A DNA stretch of 63,142 nt, the filler included, from Trichomonas gallinae (Eukaryota), in NCBI GenBank assembly GCA_008369845.1. It is 7 parts of 7 records of this genome, joined end to end, with 100 filler letters (N's around TTAATTAATTAA, not from the genome) between each part and the next. Parts side by side here need not be neighbours in the genome. Positions count along the whole stretch, not along the records: positions 51,652 to 55,097 come from MRSU01001024.1; positions 55,198 to 61,698 come from MRSU01001026.1; positions 61,799 to 63,142 come from MRSU01001035.1; 4 more parts are not named here. One strand, 5' to 3'. Below, in pieces: positions 53,468 to 63,142 of the stretch. Position numbers and translations under genes: made by a program. The notes beneath the pieces were generated by a model. It was not told where the DNA came from. It made no database searches and saw only the letters and a program-made list of their open reading frames with translations. The first letter of the stretch is position 1. Each line of letters begins with the position of its first letter.

Positions 53468-54808
53468 TCAAATATCTAAAATCGCAAGATAATCAAGAAT
53501 TGAAGATGCGAGAATAGAAATTTCTTTGTTTTGATCATCTGCCAGTGAATTAATTGCATCGGTGAATTCCTCAGATTCTACAGCTTCCATGCATAATTCG
53601 TGCAAAGCTGAATCACACTTCTGTATATTAGTTAGTAACGTTTCTAGTGTGTATATCCTGAATTCATCTTCATATGATTGAAGCATATTGAGTGATACCA
53701 TAAAAACTCGCTTTGGATCGATGTATTGACAAAGATTTTCATTTCCTGTTAATAAAAACGTGTATGCCATCTTGTAAACGTGATACTTCATTCTATATGA
53801 TCTTTCTATTGTTCCATCAAAAGTTTTTACGAACAATTCCCTAATGAAATCATTATTTATTTCGTCTCCTTGTTCTGCCATTAAGCAAATGAAGTTTATA
53901 GTAGGGATTAGGTCATCATCTGTATCATATCGAAACAAATTCTCTGCAAAAAGCTCTAGAACGCCGTTTTCCGAAAGGTATTGAACTCCACCATCAATAG
54001 AAGCAATATTTTCGAATAATTTCAAACTTTCCTTTATAAGGAACCTATAGCCGACTGTAATCATGGTTTTAATTAAGTTTGGAATAAAATCTGTTTCTAA
54101 AAGCCAAGATTTAATGTTTTCGAATAAAACGTTGAAGAGTCTTAAAACCAAAACTCCTGATTTTGGGTATTCTTTTGATGCTATAATGATTTTTAATAAA
54201 TTTGGAATATATTTTTGTTCAAGTGTAAAATTAGTTCTATACATCGAAAAGAAATCAACAATGCTTTCAACTAAAGGATTAAATCTTGGTAAATTGTGAA
54301 TAAATCGAATAAATTGTTTTTGAATCGAAATTGGCGGAAAACTATCTGAAATTTGTTGATATGAATATAAATACATGAAGCATCTTATAGCAAGATATGA
54401 TGGAAATAGTGAAACCATTCTATTTGCTAAATCTGGAGAAATAATAAATTTTTCAGCAAATTCTCTGTTATCTTCAATTATTTGAATGATTATTTTCGTA
54501 GACAAAGTTACAAACATCTTGTGTGGTGACTCTAAAAACATGATTATTCGATTAATTAAAATTTGAGGATTTTGAAAACTGAAAATAAAGGATGGATTAC
54601 TTTGTAGCATGATATGAAAATTAGTTAAGCCTTCGTTTATGCGAATATCATCATCTGATTGTATTTGATTTTCGATTTGCGATACGAATTCCACGAGTAA
54701 ACCATCTGCAAGGTTCACTGTAGGCTGATTAGACTGCGTTGGAAGAACACTAGCAACTGATTCCATCGACTTTACTGATTTTTGCGGGTTAGTTTCAATA
54801 GCAAGCAT
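53468..54808 (-). CDS. Hypothetical ARM-like helical protein
   Basis: 446-aa ORF; amphipathic helices; acidic C-terminus. Confidence 0.78.
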   Translation of the reverse strand: MLAIETNPQKSVKSMESVASVLPTQSNQPTVNLADGLLVEFVSQIENQIQSDDDIRINEGLTNFHIMLQSNPSFIFSFQNPQILINRIIMFLESPHKMFVTLSTKIIIQIIEDNREFAEKFIISPDLANRMVSLFPSYLAIRCFMYLYSYQQISDSFPPISIQKQFIRFIHNLPRFNPLVESIVDFFSMYRTNFTLEQKYIPNLLKIIIASKEYPKSGVLVLRLFNVLFENIKSWLLETDFIPNLIKTMITVGYRFLIKESLKLFENIASIDGGVQYLSENGVLELFAENLFRYDTDDDLIPTINFICLMAEQGDEINNDFIRELFVKTFDGTIERSYRMKYHVYKMAYTFLLTGNENLCQYIDPKRVFMVSLNMLQSYEDEFRIYTLETLLTNIQKCDSALHELCMEAVESEEFTDAINSLADDQNKEISILASSILDYLAILDI

Positions 54809-55097
54809 TTTTCTTATTTTAAATTATAACAATATAAGCATGAAAAATCAAAAGAATGGACATGATTTTTTTGTTATTATTGGGATATATGATTAATTTT
54901 AAAATTAGCAAAATATATTCTTGAACCTTTAGTTTTTATTGTATATATCGATTCTATTAACGATATATAGCCTAAATCCATAAGAAAACCCCAATATTCT
55001 AATTCTAAACGTTAATTTTAACGATGCGCTCGGTACGCAAAATCCAAAGCGTAAAAAATTTACCTTACGCATTTGACATACGCAATAGCGTACTCAG

Positions 55098-55197
55098 NNN
55101 NNNNNNNNNNNNNNNNNNNNNNNNNNNNNNNNNNNNNNNNNTTAATTAATTAANNNNNNNNNNNNNNNNNNNNNNNNNNNNNNNNNNNNNNNNNNNN
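55098..55197. other. Artificial contig linker
   Basis: N-TTAATTAATTAA-N. Confidence 0.98.
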
Positions 55198-55356
55198 TTT
55201 CCCTCAGTTTTCTCAAAAAAAAAAAAAAAAAAAAAAAAAAGATGCATAAAATTAAACCAACAAAACTGATAGGGTTATTTAACTAATTTGTAAGATACAC
55301 CTAATATCACAATGATAGCAACAAAAATAATTAATTTCAGGCCATATAATTTTCCT

Positions 55357-56460
55357 TATTTGAAAATTATGAGATATACAATTTCATGATGATTATTTTG
55401 ATAAGCTAAACTCAACGCTGTATCGCCGTGATTGTCTTTTGCGTTGACATCTATTCCAGGAACTGTGAGAAGGAGTTTGATAACTTCATGATGACCATAA
55501 AATGATGCACAAATTAAAGCTGTTTTGTTTTAATTGTCTCTTGCGTTGAAGTCTATTCCAGGAACTGTGAGAAGGAGTTTGACAACTTCATGATGACCTT
55601 CTCTTGAAGCCAAACTCAACGCTGTATTACCATGGTAGTTTTTGCGTATATATCTATTGCAGGAACTGTGAGAAGGAGTTTGACAACTTCATAATAACCA
55701 AATTTTGAAGCTAAGACTAAAACTTTATTAGCATCAATTTACTGAAATTTGAGACAATATATCACAAAATCATAATTAGAGACGATTTTATAAATTTTCG
55801 AGATTTTATAGTTGTTTCTATCGAACACCATAATGAAGTGAGCAAGTTTGAAATTATTGTTTTGGATAGAACGATCTAAAAGTGTTTCACCACCTTTTTC
55901 AACTTTGAAGAGATTCATTTTCATAGCAAATTTTGTTGAATTGGTTCCATGAAAATTGTAATTTCAGAGCTTCAATATTTTTATTAGCTATTTGATCTTG
56001 TGTCTCTATGAACACTTCTCGCAATTGGGAAGATGAATATTGCTGCGAGTGAAAGTTATCGACGTATCTCGAAAAGGGTTTCATAAAATATGATATGTCA
56101 AATGTCATAATTATTGCTACGGGCGTGGAAGCGCTCAAAAAATAATCAAACACCAATCATTTCATCATAAAAATTCTTGTATTACATAGTTATTATGGTG
56201 GATGTACTCATTTTGATGCATATATGCGTCCTTGATGTGTAACAATCAACTTCGAACATGTTATTCTTGTTTTGGCCATTAATTGATCTTTTTGTGATTA
56301 AACTTTCAAATTTTACCGAGCATGTATTTGGAAAAGTGATACCAAATGGGTTTACTCCATTAATACACAAAAATATAGATGAAAAAGAATATTTTGGATT
56401 ATAGCGATCAAAACAACAATAAACATTTAGACTTATATACATATAATATGAATATAACAT
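55357..56460 (-). pseudogene. Ankyrin-repeat pseudogene
   Basis: Three repeats of about 102 bp (EVVKLLLTVPGIDxNAxD..TAL) with a frameshift near 55640 and an in-frame TAA near 55531; broken ORFs upstream. Confidence 0.85.
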
Positions 56461-56502
56461 AAATTCCGAAAATTAAACCCATATTAAAATTTCTTAATAA
56501 TA

Positions 56503-57078
56503 TTATGGCGTAACACGTTTGGTTGCATTCATTTCCATTTCCGTATCGGCAAAAGAAACATTAATAGATAGAGTAAAATCTTTCGATCCTTTTATTTTCG
56601 AACTTTCCACAGATAAACTTGTAGGGACGTATTTCGCTAATTCCTTCGATATGTTGATTTTTACAGGAATAGATATTTCTTTTTCTATGTTTTTGATATC
56701 ATCTTCTAAATTATTTGCGCGAATTTTGCTTTGTTTTGATGATGTATGAGTAGTATTTATGTTTTTATTATCATCAGATCCCAATAACGTAATTTCTGCG
56801 GCGCTATCTGATTCTTCTTGTTGTTTTTTCTCTTGACGAATTTTTTCTTGTGTATAAAATATTTTCTTATTCTGTGCACATCTCTTTAGCAGACGTTCAG
56901 CAGATGGAAGCTCGTATTCTGTCTGATCAACTGGAAGATAAACAATATATTTATTCGCGGAAATAGATTTAAGTCTACCTTCATAAATATCATAACCGTT
57001 TTCATCTATAAGATAAACATCCTCCCCGACTTTAAATCTATGGTCAGAGAATCGCATGAATTTTGGCGGGTCAGACAT
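56503..57078 (-). CDS. Protein with N-terminal chromo-barrel/Tudor-knot-like domain
   Basis: FKVGEDVYLID..IYEGRL..KYIVY..ERLLK resembles the MRG15/Eaf3 chromo-barrel. Confidence 0.65.
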   Translation of the reverse strand: MSDPPKFMRFSDHRFKVGEDVYLIDENGYDIYEGRLKSISANKYIVYLPVDQTEYELPSAERLLKRCAQNKKIFYTQEKIRQEKKQQEESDSAAEITLLGSDDNKNINTTHTSSKQSKIRANNLEDDIKNIEKEISIPVKINISKELAKYVPTSLSVESSKIKGSKDFTLSINVSFADTEMEMNATKRVTP

Positions 57079-57496
57079 TTCTTATCTTTTTAATTTTGTT
57101 TACATGTCAAATATTTTTTTTTTACACAGCAAATCATGATTGGCATTGTGTGAAATAACAATCGTTTTTAAACGAATTTTGCATATTCAACATTGTAACT
57201 TATGGCTGCAACTTTGGAAGATAAAAAAATCATTAAATGCAGCAAAGTCAAGTTAAAGTGACGTTTGAGTAATTTCAACAAGTGTATAATGCTTGAAGCA
57301 AATAGAAATCTTCATTCTCATCACCTGAATGATACAGTATAGGAAGATATGGTCAGTGACAATTTTTTCAGCATATCCATGTTGAGGATTATCGCTGAAA
57401 TTATAAGGAAGTAAAATGATAATATTCTGCCAACATCACTATAAACTAAGATACTGTATTTTTTGATCAATAAAATAGAAATTCATTTCCGTTTTG

Positions 57497-58231
57497 CTAC
57501 TTCTCTTTCTTAGGTTGGAGCCATTGTTTGACTTTAATAATAAATTTATTTATGAGATTTGTTTTAATTTCTTCATTCTTGACAAAAAGACCAATAATCT
57601 CATCGAAACATATATGTAATGAATCATCATCAATAGAAACCCACTCGTGACGTCCAATTTCTCCTTCAAATAAAGGCCGAGGTGTAAAGTTAGTATCCAA
57701 ATCTGAAAATACTGGATAGTATGAAATTTTAGACTTAGGTCTATTTAAAGTAAATGGATCATCTTCAATTTCTTTCGAAAAGTCAACTCCGACCTCTTCT
57801 AGGCCTTCGCTTATAGCTGCATCTTTCCACGACATGTCCCCTTTTACCTTCCCTTTTGGAAAAGTCCAGACATCATTTTTCGATTTTAGAAATAAAATAT
57901 GAGTTCGCTCTTTATTGAAAATAACTAGACCTGACACTGGAACATCCCATGCCCAATTATGTTTTTTATTTGCTTCTAAGAATTTAGCGAGTTCGTTATT
58001 ATTAATTTTCAAGAAATCAAGTAATTGTGTCGCATATTCTATTTTCCATTCATACTTTTTTGTGTCCCAACACCAATATTGACAATTTGTTAATTGAATT
58101 GTTAGATCATATTTATATATTTCGATTAGCTTTTCGCGCTCATTTGGATCTGTGGTAGATAATATTTTACGATACCATGGCGTGTTAATGAAAAATCTAC
58201 ACGCTAGCTCTTTGATTGCCGCGTCATACAT
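57497..58231 (-). CDS. Dcp2-like Nudix hydrolase (mRNA decapping family)
   Basis: Box A-like ELACRFFINTP; VPVSG; WTFPKGK..AAISEGLEEVG. Confidence 0.82.
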   Translation of the reverse strand: MYDAAIKELACRFFINTPWYRKILSTTDPNEREKLIEIYKYDLTIQLTNCQYWCWDTKKYEWKIEYATQLLDFLKINNNELAKFLEANKKHNWAWDVPVSGLVIFNKERTHILFLKSKNDVWTFPKGKVKGDMSWKDAAISEGLEEVGVDFSKEIEDDPFTLNRPKSKISYYPVFSDLDTNFTPRPLFEGEIGRHEWVSIDDDSLHICFDEIIGLFVKNEEIKTNLINKFIIKVKQWLQPKKEK

Positions 58232-58413
58232 ATTGTTGAAATGAAAAATGACAAATACTTGTCAGTAGTCAAAATTCTTACTTTATTGTCAAATTATAAT
58301 CTATTTGACAAATTACATGACAATTTTTCAGTTGTCAAATAAATATTTTTTTGACTTTATTGTCAAATTGTATTCTTTTTGACGAATTACATGACAAAAA
58401 TTTATCCACTTGA

Positions 58414-59520
58414 ATGTTTTTGTTTCTAATTTCGTTAGTCATGCGAGTCACACCAGATATAATACCAAAGATTATGTCTTCGTCATACAAGGTTCCTGTT
58501 TTTGTAATTTGTTACTCTCCTCATTGCGGACATTGTTTAGTTGTTTTGCCACACTGGGAAAAACTCAAAGAAAAGTACAAAGACGACAAAAATATTATAA
58601 TAGCTGACACAGACTGCGTTGCACATCGAGATACATGTCATAATGCATTCAATGTCTATTCTTATCCATCTTTCAGAATAGTTAGACGCGGAAAAATAGA
58701 AGAACACAAACCAAAATCGCGCGATTTCGAAGGATTTGATCAATCTGCATCCGATATCAAGCAAAGAAACTTAGATGAATTGTGCCAAAAGCTTTCTGAG
58801 ATTCCTACAAACATAAGATATCCATATTTCATATTACACACAAATATGAATCAAAGTAAGGCATGTAGATTCGTCGAAATGCTCGAACAATTCAAAGAAA
58901 TTAAAGGAGTTGAAAATTCTTTGTACACAGACATAAATTCCAGTAAAAACTACATGGAGGCTGTTCTAGGACCGAACCTTACTGTAAATATGAAAAAACA
59001 CGTTTCATATAATAATGCTGTAGAATTTATAAGCGAATACAAGTATCCTAACTTCGAAGAAACAGTCTGGACAGTTGCTCTATCTAGAAGTCGCCCAGTT
59101 GCTGTGTTTATTGAGCATTCAATCTCATATGCACAAAAATACAAGGAAATTGCAGAGTTCAGTGCAAAATACTTCTGGTTTATCGTTACAAGTAAGGCAT
59201 ATAATGAGCGCTGCCCGCCAGGATTGAACATTACCGATAATGAATTACCTGCTGTTTGGTTTTCTAACTCATGGAAGAACAAAGGATATCTTTTGAAGAA
59301 CGCAACATTAGATAAAATGAAGACAATCATTGAATCTGATATTTCTAAGCTTGATGGGTACCAGAAATTTAAATTTAAGAAAGTTTTTTCATATCCTAGA
59401 AGGAAGCTCACCACAGGCGAAATAATCGTTTTCTCAACCATTGGGATGGCTGTAATAACTATAATATCAGCATCAATCTTTATATATTTAGAATTTCGTA
59501 AGTTAGCGAAAATTGAATAG
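58414..59520 (+). CDS. Thioredoxin/PDI-like type I membrane protein
   Basis: Signal-like N-terminus, CGHC, SYPSF, C-terminal TM and short Lys-containing tail. Confidence 0.85.
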   Translation: MFLFLISLVMRVTPDIIPKIMSSSYKVPVFVICYSPHCGHCLVVLPHWEKLKEKYKDDKNIIIADTDCVAHRDTCHNAFNVYSYPSFRIVRRGKIEEHKPKSRDFEGFDQSASDIKQRNLDELCQKLSEIPTNIRYPYFILHTNMNQSKACRFVEMLEQFKEIKGVENSLYTDINSSKNYMEAVLGPNLTVNMKKHVSYNNAVEFISEYKYPNFEETVWTVALSRSRPVAVFIEHSISYAQKYKEIAEFSAKYFWFIVTSKAYNERCPPGLNITDNELPAVWFSNSWKNKGYLLKNATLDKMKTIIESDISKLDGYQKFKFKKVFSYPRRKLTTGEIIVFSTIGMAVITIISASIFIYLEFRKLAKIE

Positions 59521-59861
59521 TATTTTGTTTGAATTTTGCTTTGTATAAATATAATTCTATCCCTCGAATCTATTTTATGTTATTATATTTCACATTTCTA
59601 AAATAATGATTTCAGCTTTGAAATATATGACCAATCAACTATATACCAGGCAATTCCAATAATAACAACTTTGTAATTGCTCATTTTAATAATTTCGATG
59701 TGAAAAAATGAAAATTGCTTTTCTATTCATTTTAATATCAGAATATTATGTCATTTGAATAATTTGACTTATTAATGAAGCTAAATTGATAGTTACACGA
59801 TAAAAAAATCTTATTGATAAAAAAATCAATTAATTTAGTTTCGTAACAATGCTATTGACGT

Positions 59862-60299
59862 TTATTGAGATAAAAGAGCCTTAGCAAGCTGCTTAATATC
59901 AACAAATCCATTGTCAATTTTGAGGTTCTCGAATAACTTTGTGAATTGACCTTCTGTAAGTGGTCTACGAATCTTTCCTAAGACATCCCTAACGACATCC
60001 TTGTGAACTTTGCCTGTTCCGTCACGATCGAATAAGGTAAACGCCTTAATGAGTTGTTTTTCAGTATTGGCATAGCAACCGACGTGGTGAGCAATGTAAA
60101 GGTATCCATTGCGAGAAAGCTTGTTTGAATTTGATATATCCGACATAATATCGTTCATTTCATCAGCAGTTGGATTTAAACCAATCGAGCGGAGTGCGCG
60201 CTCGACCATAGAAGTCTCGATGAAGCCATCCTTGTCATCATCGAACTCATCGAAAGACTGATTGTACTTTGCAAGCTGCTCAGCTGTTGGAACAGACAT
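59862..60299 (-). CDS. Calmodulin-like EF-hand protein
   Basis: FDDDKDGFIE, LRSIGLNPT, AFTLFDRDGTGKV. Confidence 0.88.
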   Translation of the reverse strand: MSVPTAEQLAKYNQSFDEFDDDKDGFIETSMVERALRSIGLNPTADEMNDIMSDISNSNKLSRNGYLYIAHHVGCYANTEKQLIKAFTLFDRDGTGKVHKDVVRDVLGKIRRPLTEGQFTKLFENLKIDNGFVDIKQLAKALLSQ

Positions 60300-61038
60300 T
60301 TTGAGCGTTTAAACAGACCCTTAACGTTTTTAACGCCCCCTGTTTTGTCTAACTTCTCATTACAGTGATCTCTATTTTTACTGTCTTTAATACATATTAA
60401 TGAAAATTAATTGTTTTATTCATTAAATTCCTAAAAATATTACGATTTTAGAAAATTGAAAATTTTAATTCGTATTATATTGACCCATAATTTAACCTAT
60501 ATTCTAAAAAATGCTAAAACCCATATTAATTCATTTTAAACAATATGTTATTTAATATATTTTTTCCCAATATAATTTGGTTTTTATATGTTTCTAAAGA
60601 TAGTAGATCATTATTATTCATTGTAAAACCCTTGTTTTAAGTATTGTCTTGGTCTAATCATTATATCTTTATTACTTGATAATTCATCTCAGTTTTATAT
60701 TGTACAAATTTGTTCACATATCTCATATTATACGGGATATGCTAAATATCCTTGTATTTATATAATAAAATTATGATATTCACGAATAATATTGAAAGAA
60801 GGAAAATTTTGAATGATATTGATATCAATCATTTGGGTATGGATTTTATTCAGCACATCCAATAATTTTAGATTGCGTGCATCAAAATCCTAGTATTATA
60901 TCATTGATGAACAATATTATCATGCTTATATATGCATAATATAACTATTGTTTGATGATATGAAAATTTAAAGCCTATCAATTTTCAATTTGGATAAAAG
61001 TAATGAAAATAAATTTTATTGATTGAAGTTTTGAACAA

Positions 61039-61698
61039 CTAGGTTTCCTTTTGTGGGCTGAAGTGTGTGTGGAAGATGTGGTTCTTCAAGTCTGCGTTCT
61101 TCTCTTCGAGGATGCGATAGACTTCTGCAGCTTCTTCGTTTTTGAGAGCTGACTTTTTAGGTCCTTTCTTGTCATCGATGACGTAAAGAGCTTTGGCTCT
61201 CTCTGGAATTCTCTTGATTGGCAGCTTCGGATGTCCACCACCACTGATGCAGCCGCGCGGGCAGGCCATGACTTCGATGAAGTCGTAGTCATCGAATTCG
61301 CCACTCTCCAAGAGATCTTTGGCAGCAGCAATTCCGCCACAAACACCAATCTTGAAATTCCTGTCGCCGATCTTGAATTCAGCTGAGCGCATTTCGTCTG
61401 TGATCTGGCGGAACTCTGGTGGTGAAACCAAAGGCTGGCCTGTAAGCTTCTCGCAGACATATCTCATCGTTGATTCCATGACACCGCCTGAGACGCCGAA
61501 GATGTTGCCACCGCCAGAAGATTCGCCCATCATCTTGTCGAAATGGGCGTTTTCGCCATCGAGCGTGTGCCAGTCGATATCGAATGTTTTCATCATCTGA
61601 CCGAATTCTCTTGCCGTAATGACAGCGTCGACCTGTCCTGATAGAGGAGTCCTAATGATTTCGTCTTTCTTGGCTGTGCATGGCATCATTGAAACCAA
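61039..61698 (-). CDS. [FeFe]-hydrogenase, C-terminal part (5' truncated by gap)
   Basis: H-cluster motifs MPCTAKKDE and EVMACPRGCISGGG; IFGVSGGVME; FHTHF. Confidence 0.93.
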   Translation of the reverse strand: MVSMMPCTAKKDEIIRTPLSGQVDAVITAREFGQMMKTFDIDWHTLDGENAHFDKMMGESSGGGNIFGVSGGVMESTMRYVCEKLTGQPLVSPPEFRQITDEMRSAEFKIGDRNFKIGVCGGIAAAKDLLESGEFDDYDFIEVMACPRGCISGGGHPKLPIKRIPERAKALYVIDDKKGPKKSALKNEEAAEVYRILEEKNADLKNHIFHTHFSPQKET

Positions 61699-61798
61699 NN
61701 NNNNNNNNNNNNNNNNNNNNNNNNNNNNNNNNNNNNNNNNNNTTAATTAATTAANNNNNNNNNNNNNNNNNNNNNNNNNNNNNNNNNNNNNNNNNNNN
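61699..61798. other. Artificial contig linker
   Basis: N-TTAATTAATTAA-N. Confidence 0.98.
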
Positions 61799-61878
61799 AA
61801 AAATATTTCATTCTTTTTTTGCTATGAATTCCTAGTGCACAGATTCTACTGTATGCATACATGCTTATGGCATTGATA
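61799..61878 (+). repeat. Left arm of a perfect 80-bp inverted repeat
   Basis: Exact reverse complement of 63063-63142. Confidence 0.95.
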
Positions 61879-62247
61879 AAGTATCAAATTTCATATCATT
61901 TTTTTTTCTCTAAAGAGATTCTTTCTTTGATTGTTATTAATCTCTTATAACTATGTCATGTATATCGACTATCATCTATCCCAGTTCCTAATATATCATA
62001 ACATACCATATTCAATTCTAAAGATTGATTTTTCTTTTTTGTTCATAGTTGATGCTTCATATTTTCTCATATAGTTAGATTATGGCATTTTCATATATAT
62101 TATAGCCTATATCCTGACTCTTCAATGAGATATTGTAACAATTTTGTTAATTTTCAGATAAAATAATTGAATGCATTATTCTATATCATAAATATCATTG
62201 TTTTTAATTTTCTGTTAACTCAGATTTTTTTTTTCGATCTGAAGCAA

Positions 62248-62886
62248 ATGGAAGATAACTCTGAAACAACGAATCCAGCTGCACAAAATCCAGAAATACA
62301 TTTAAATGACTCTGAGCCACATGTTGTGATATCAAGTATTGAGCCAACGGCAGTTAGCAATAACCAAAATCAGATTAATGAAAATTCAGTCCAAAAAACA
62401 TCGACAGAAGCGGATAACCAGATCCACCAACCCAATACCAATCAAAATTTACCGATTTTATCCATCGAAAAATTAATGAAACCCGAACCAGTACCGAAAC
62501 CCGCCACAGTTGAAAAACTCCTTGTGAAGCCTACTAGTGTTCAAGTATTTTACGCGACACATCCACCACCAAATCTAATTAAACAGCCAATTGTTACACA
62601 TCCACCACAACCAGCTCCCATAGAAAAGCTTGCTCCACCTAAACCAGAAAATGAGAAAACTGCACATAGAAAAGTCGAAAAAATTATTGGAATGAAAATG
62701 GTGAATGGAAAAAGATATTTTCTTGTCAAATATGCTGGAGAAAAACAAAATGTGGTTGTTGATGGCGCTATTATTCGCAAACATAATCAAAAAGTTTTGC
62801 TCAATTTTTATGAAGAACATCTGAAGCTCGTTGATGTAACTCCTGAGGAAGTACAAGTCAACATTCTCAATCCAAATCTCAAATAG
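62248..62886 (+). CDS. Chromo-shadow-domain protein lacking a chromodomain
   Basis: VEKIIGMKMVNGKRYFLVKY..KVLLNFYEEHL matches the HP1 chromo-shadow pattern; N/Q/P-rich N-terminal region. Confidence 0.78.
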   Translation: MEDNSETTNPAAQNPEIHLNDSEPHVVISSIEPTAVSNNQNQINENSVQKTSTEADNQIHQPNTNQNLPILSIEKLMKPEPVPKPATVEKLLVKPTSVQVFYATHPPPNLIKQPIVTHPPQPAPIEKLAPPKPENEKTAHRKVEKIIGMKMVNGKRYFLVKYAGEKQNVVVDGAIIRKHNQKVLLNFYEEHLKLVDVTPEEVQVNILNPNLK

Positions 62887-63062
62887 ATCATTATTTTGGA
62901 AAAACAATAGAAAATTATTTTTCATTAACTTCGTTATTACGTGATAAAGGTGCTGATTCCAATTGACATCAGAACAGTCGATATATCGATGCCTTAGAAT
63001 TATTATATGATTTAGCATCGAAAAAAATTCAAAATATAATCATTGTAGGAAATTATATTCTG

Positions 63063-63142
63063 TATCAATGCCATAAGCATGTATGCATACAGTAGAATCT
63101 GTGCACTAGGAATTCATAGCAAAAAAAGAATGAAATATTTTT
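63063..63142 (-). repeat. Right arm of a perfect 80-bp inverted repeat
   Basis: Exact reverse complement of 61799-61878. Confidence 0.95.

Noticed and set aside
55215..55240. Poly(A) tract as a retroposon tail
   Set aside because: Only about 17 nt of upstream context before the gap; no TSD or element body can be assessed
28340..61798. Six identical TTAATTAATTAA palindromes as a biological repeat or CRISPR-like array
   Set aside because: Each is centred in a 100-nt N linker; this is an assembly spacer with stops in all six frames
59862..62886. Functional linkage between the hydrogenase and the chromo-shadow gene
   Set aside because: They are separated by an artificial linker, so adjacency is unsupported

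Overview
This is eukaryotic, AT-rich, gene-dense DNA with no introns that I could recognise. It is almost certainly from a trichomonad (Parabasalia, Trichomonas-like). That is inferred from the [FeFe]-hydrogenase, tetraspanin, Myb and ankyrin families and the Inr/M2/M3/M5-type core promoters. The window is seven contigs joined by artificial 100-nt N-TTAATTAATTAA-N linkers, so adjacency across the gaps is not evidence of linkage. Recognisable genes: TEX47-like, tandem cystatin, CenH3, SRP54, a dynamin-related protein, RRN3, TAP42-like, a PMT-family glycosyltransferase, MAF1, Rap/Ral-GAP, a degenerate CDF transporter, tetraspanin, a bacterial-type phenolic acid decarboxylase, two MATE paralogs, cyclin, an ankyrin protein, tRNA-Gln(CTG), Myb, RPL7 (3' end), RPL13, Dcp2-like Nudix, a thioredoxin-like membrane protein, an EF-hand protein, an [FeFe]-hydrogenase (3' part) and a chromo-shadow-only protein. 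Most notable: the laterally acquired decarboxylase with a host promoter, the chromo-shadow gene bracketed by a perfect 80-bp inverted repeat, a pervasive intergenic motif TTTACRYGWCAAA, a structured GC-rich element beside a gap, and a cluster of TOR-output genes. All family assignments come from motif recognition by eye, not from database searches.
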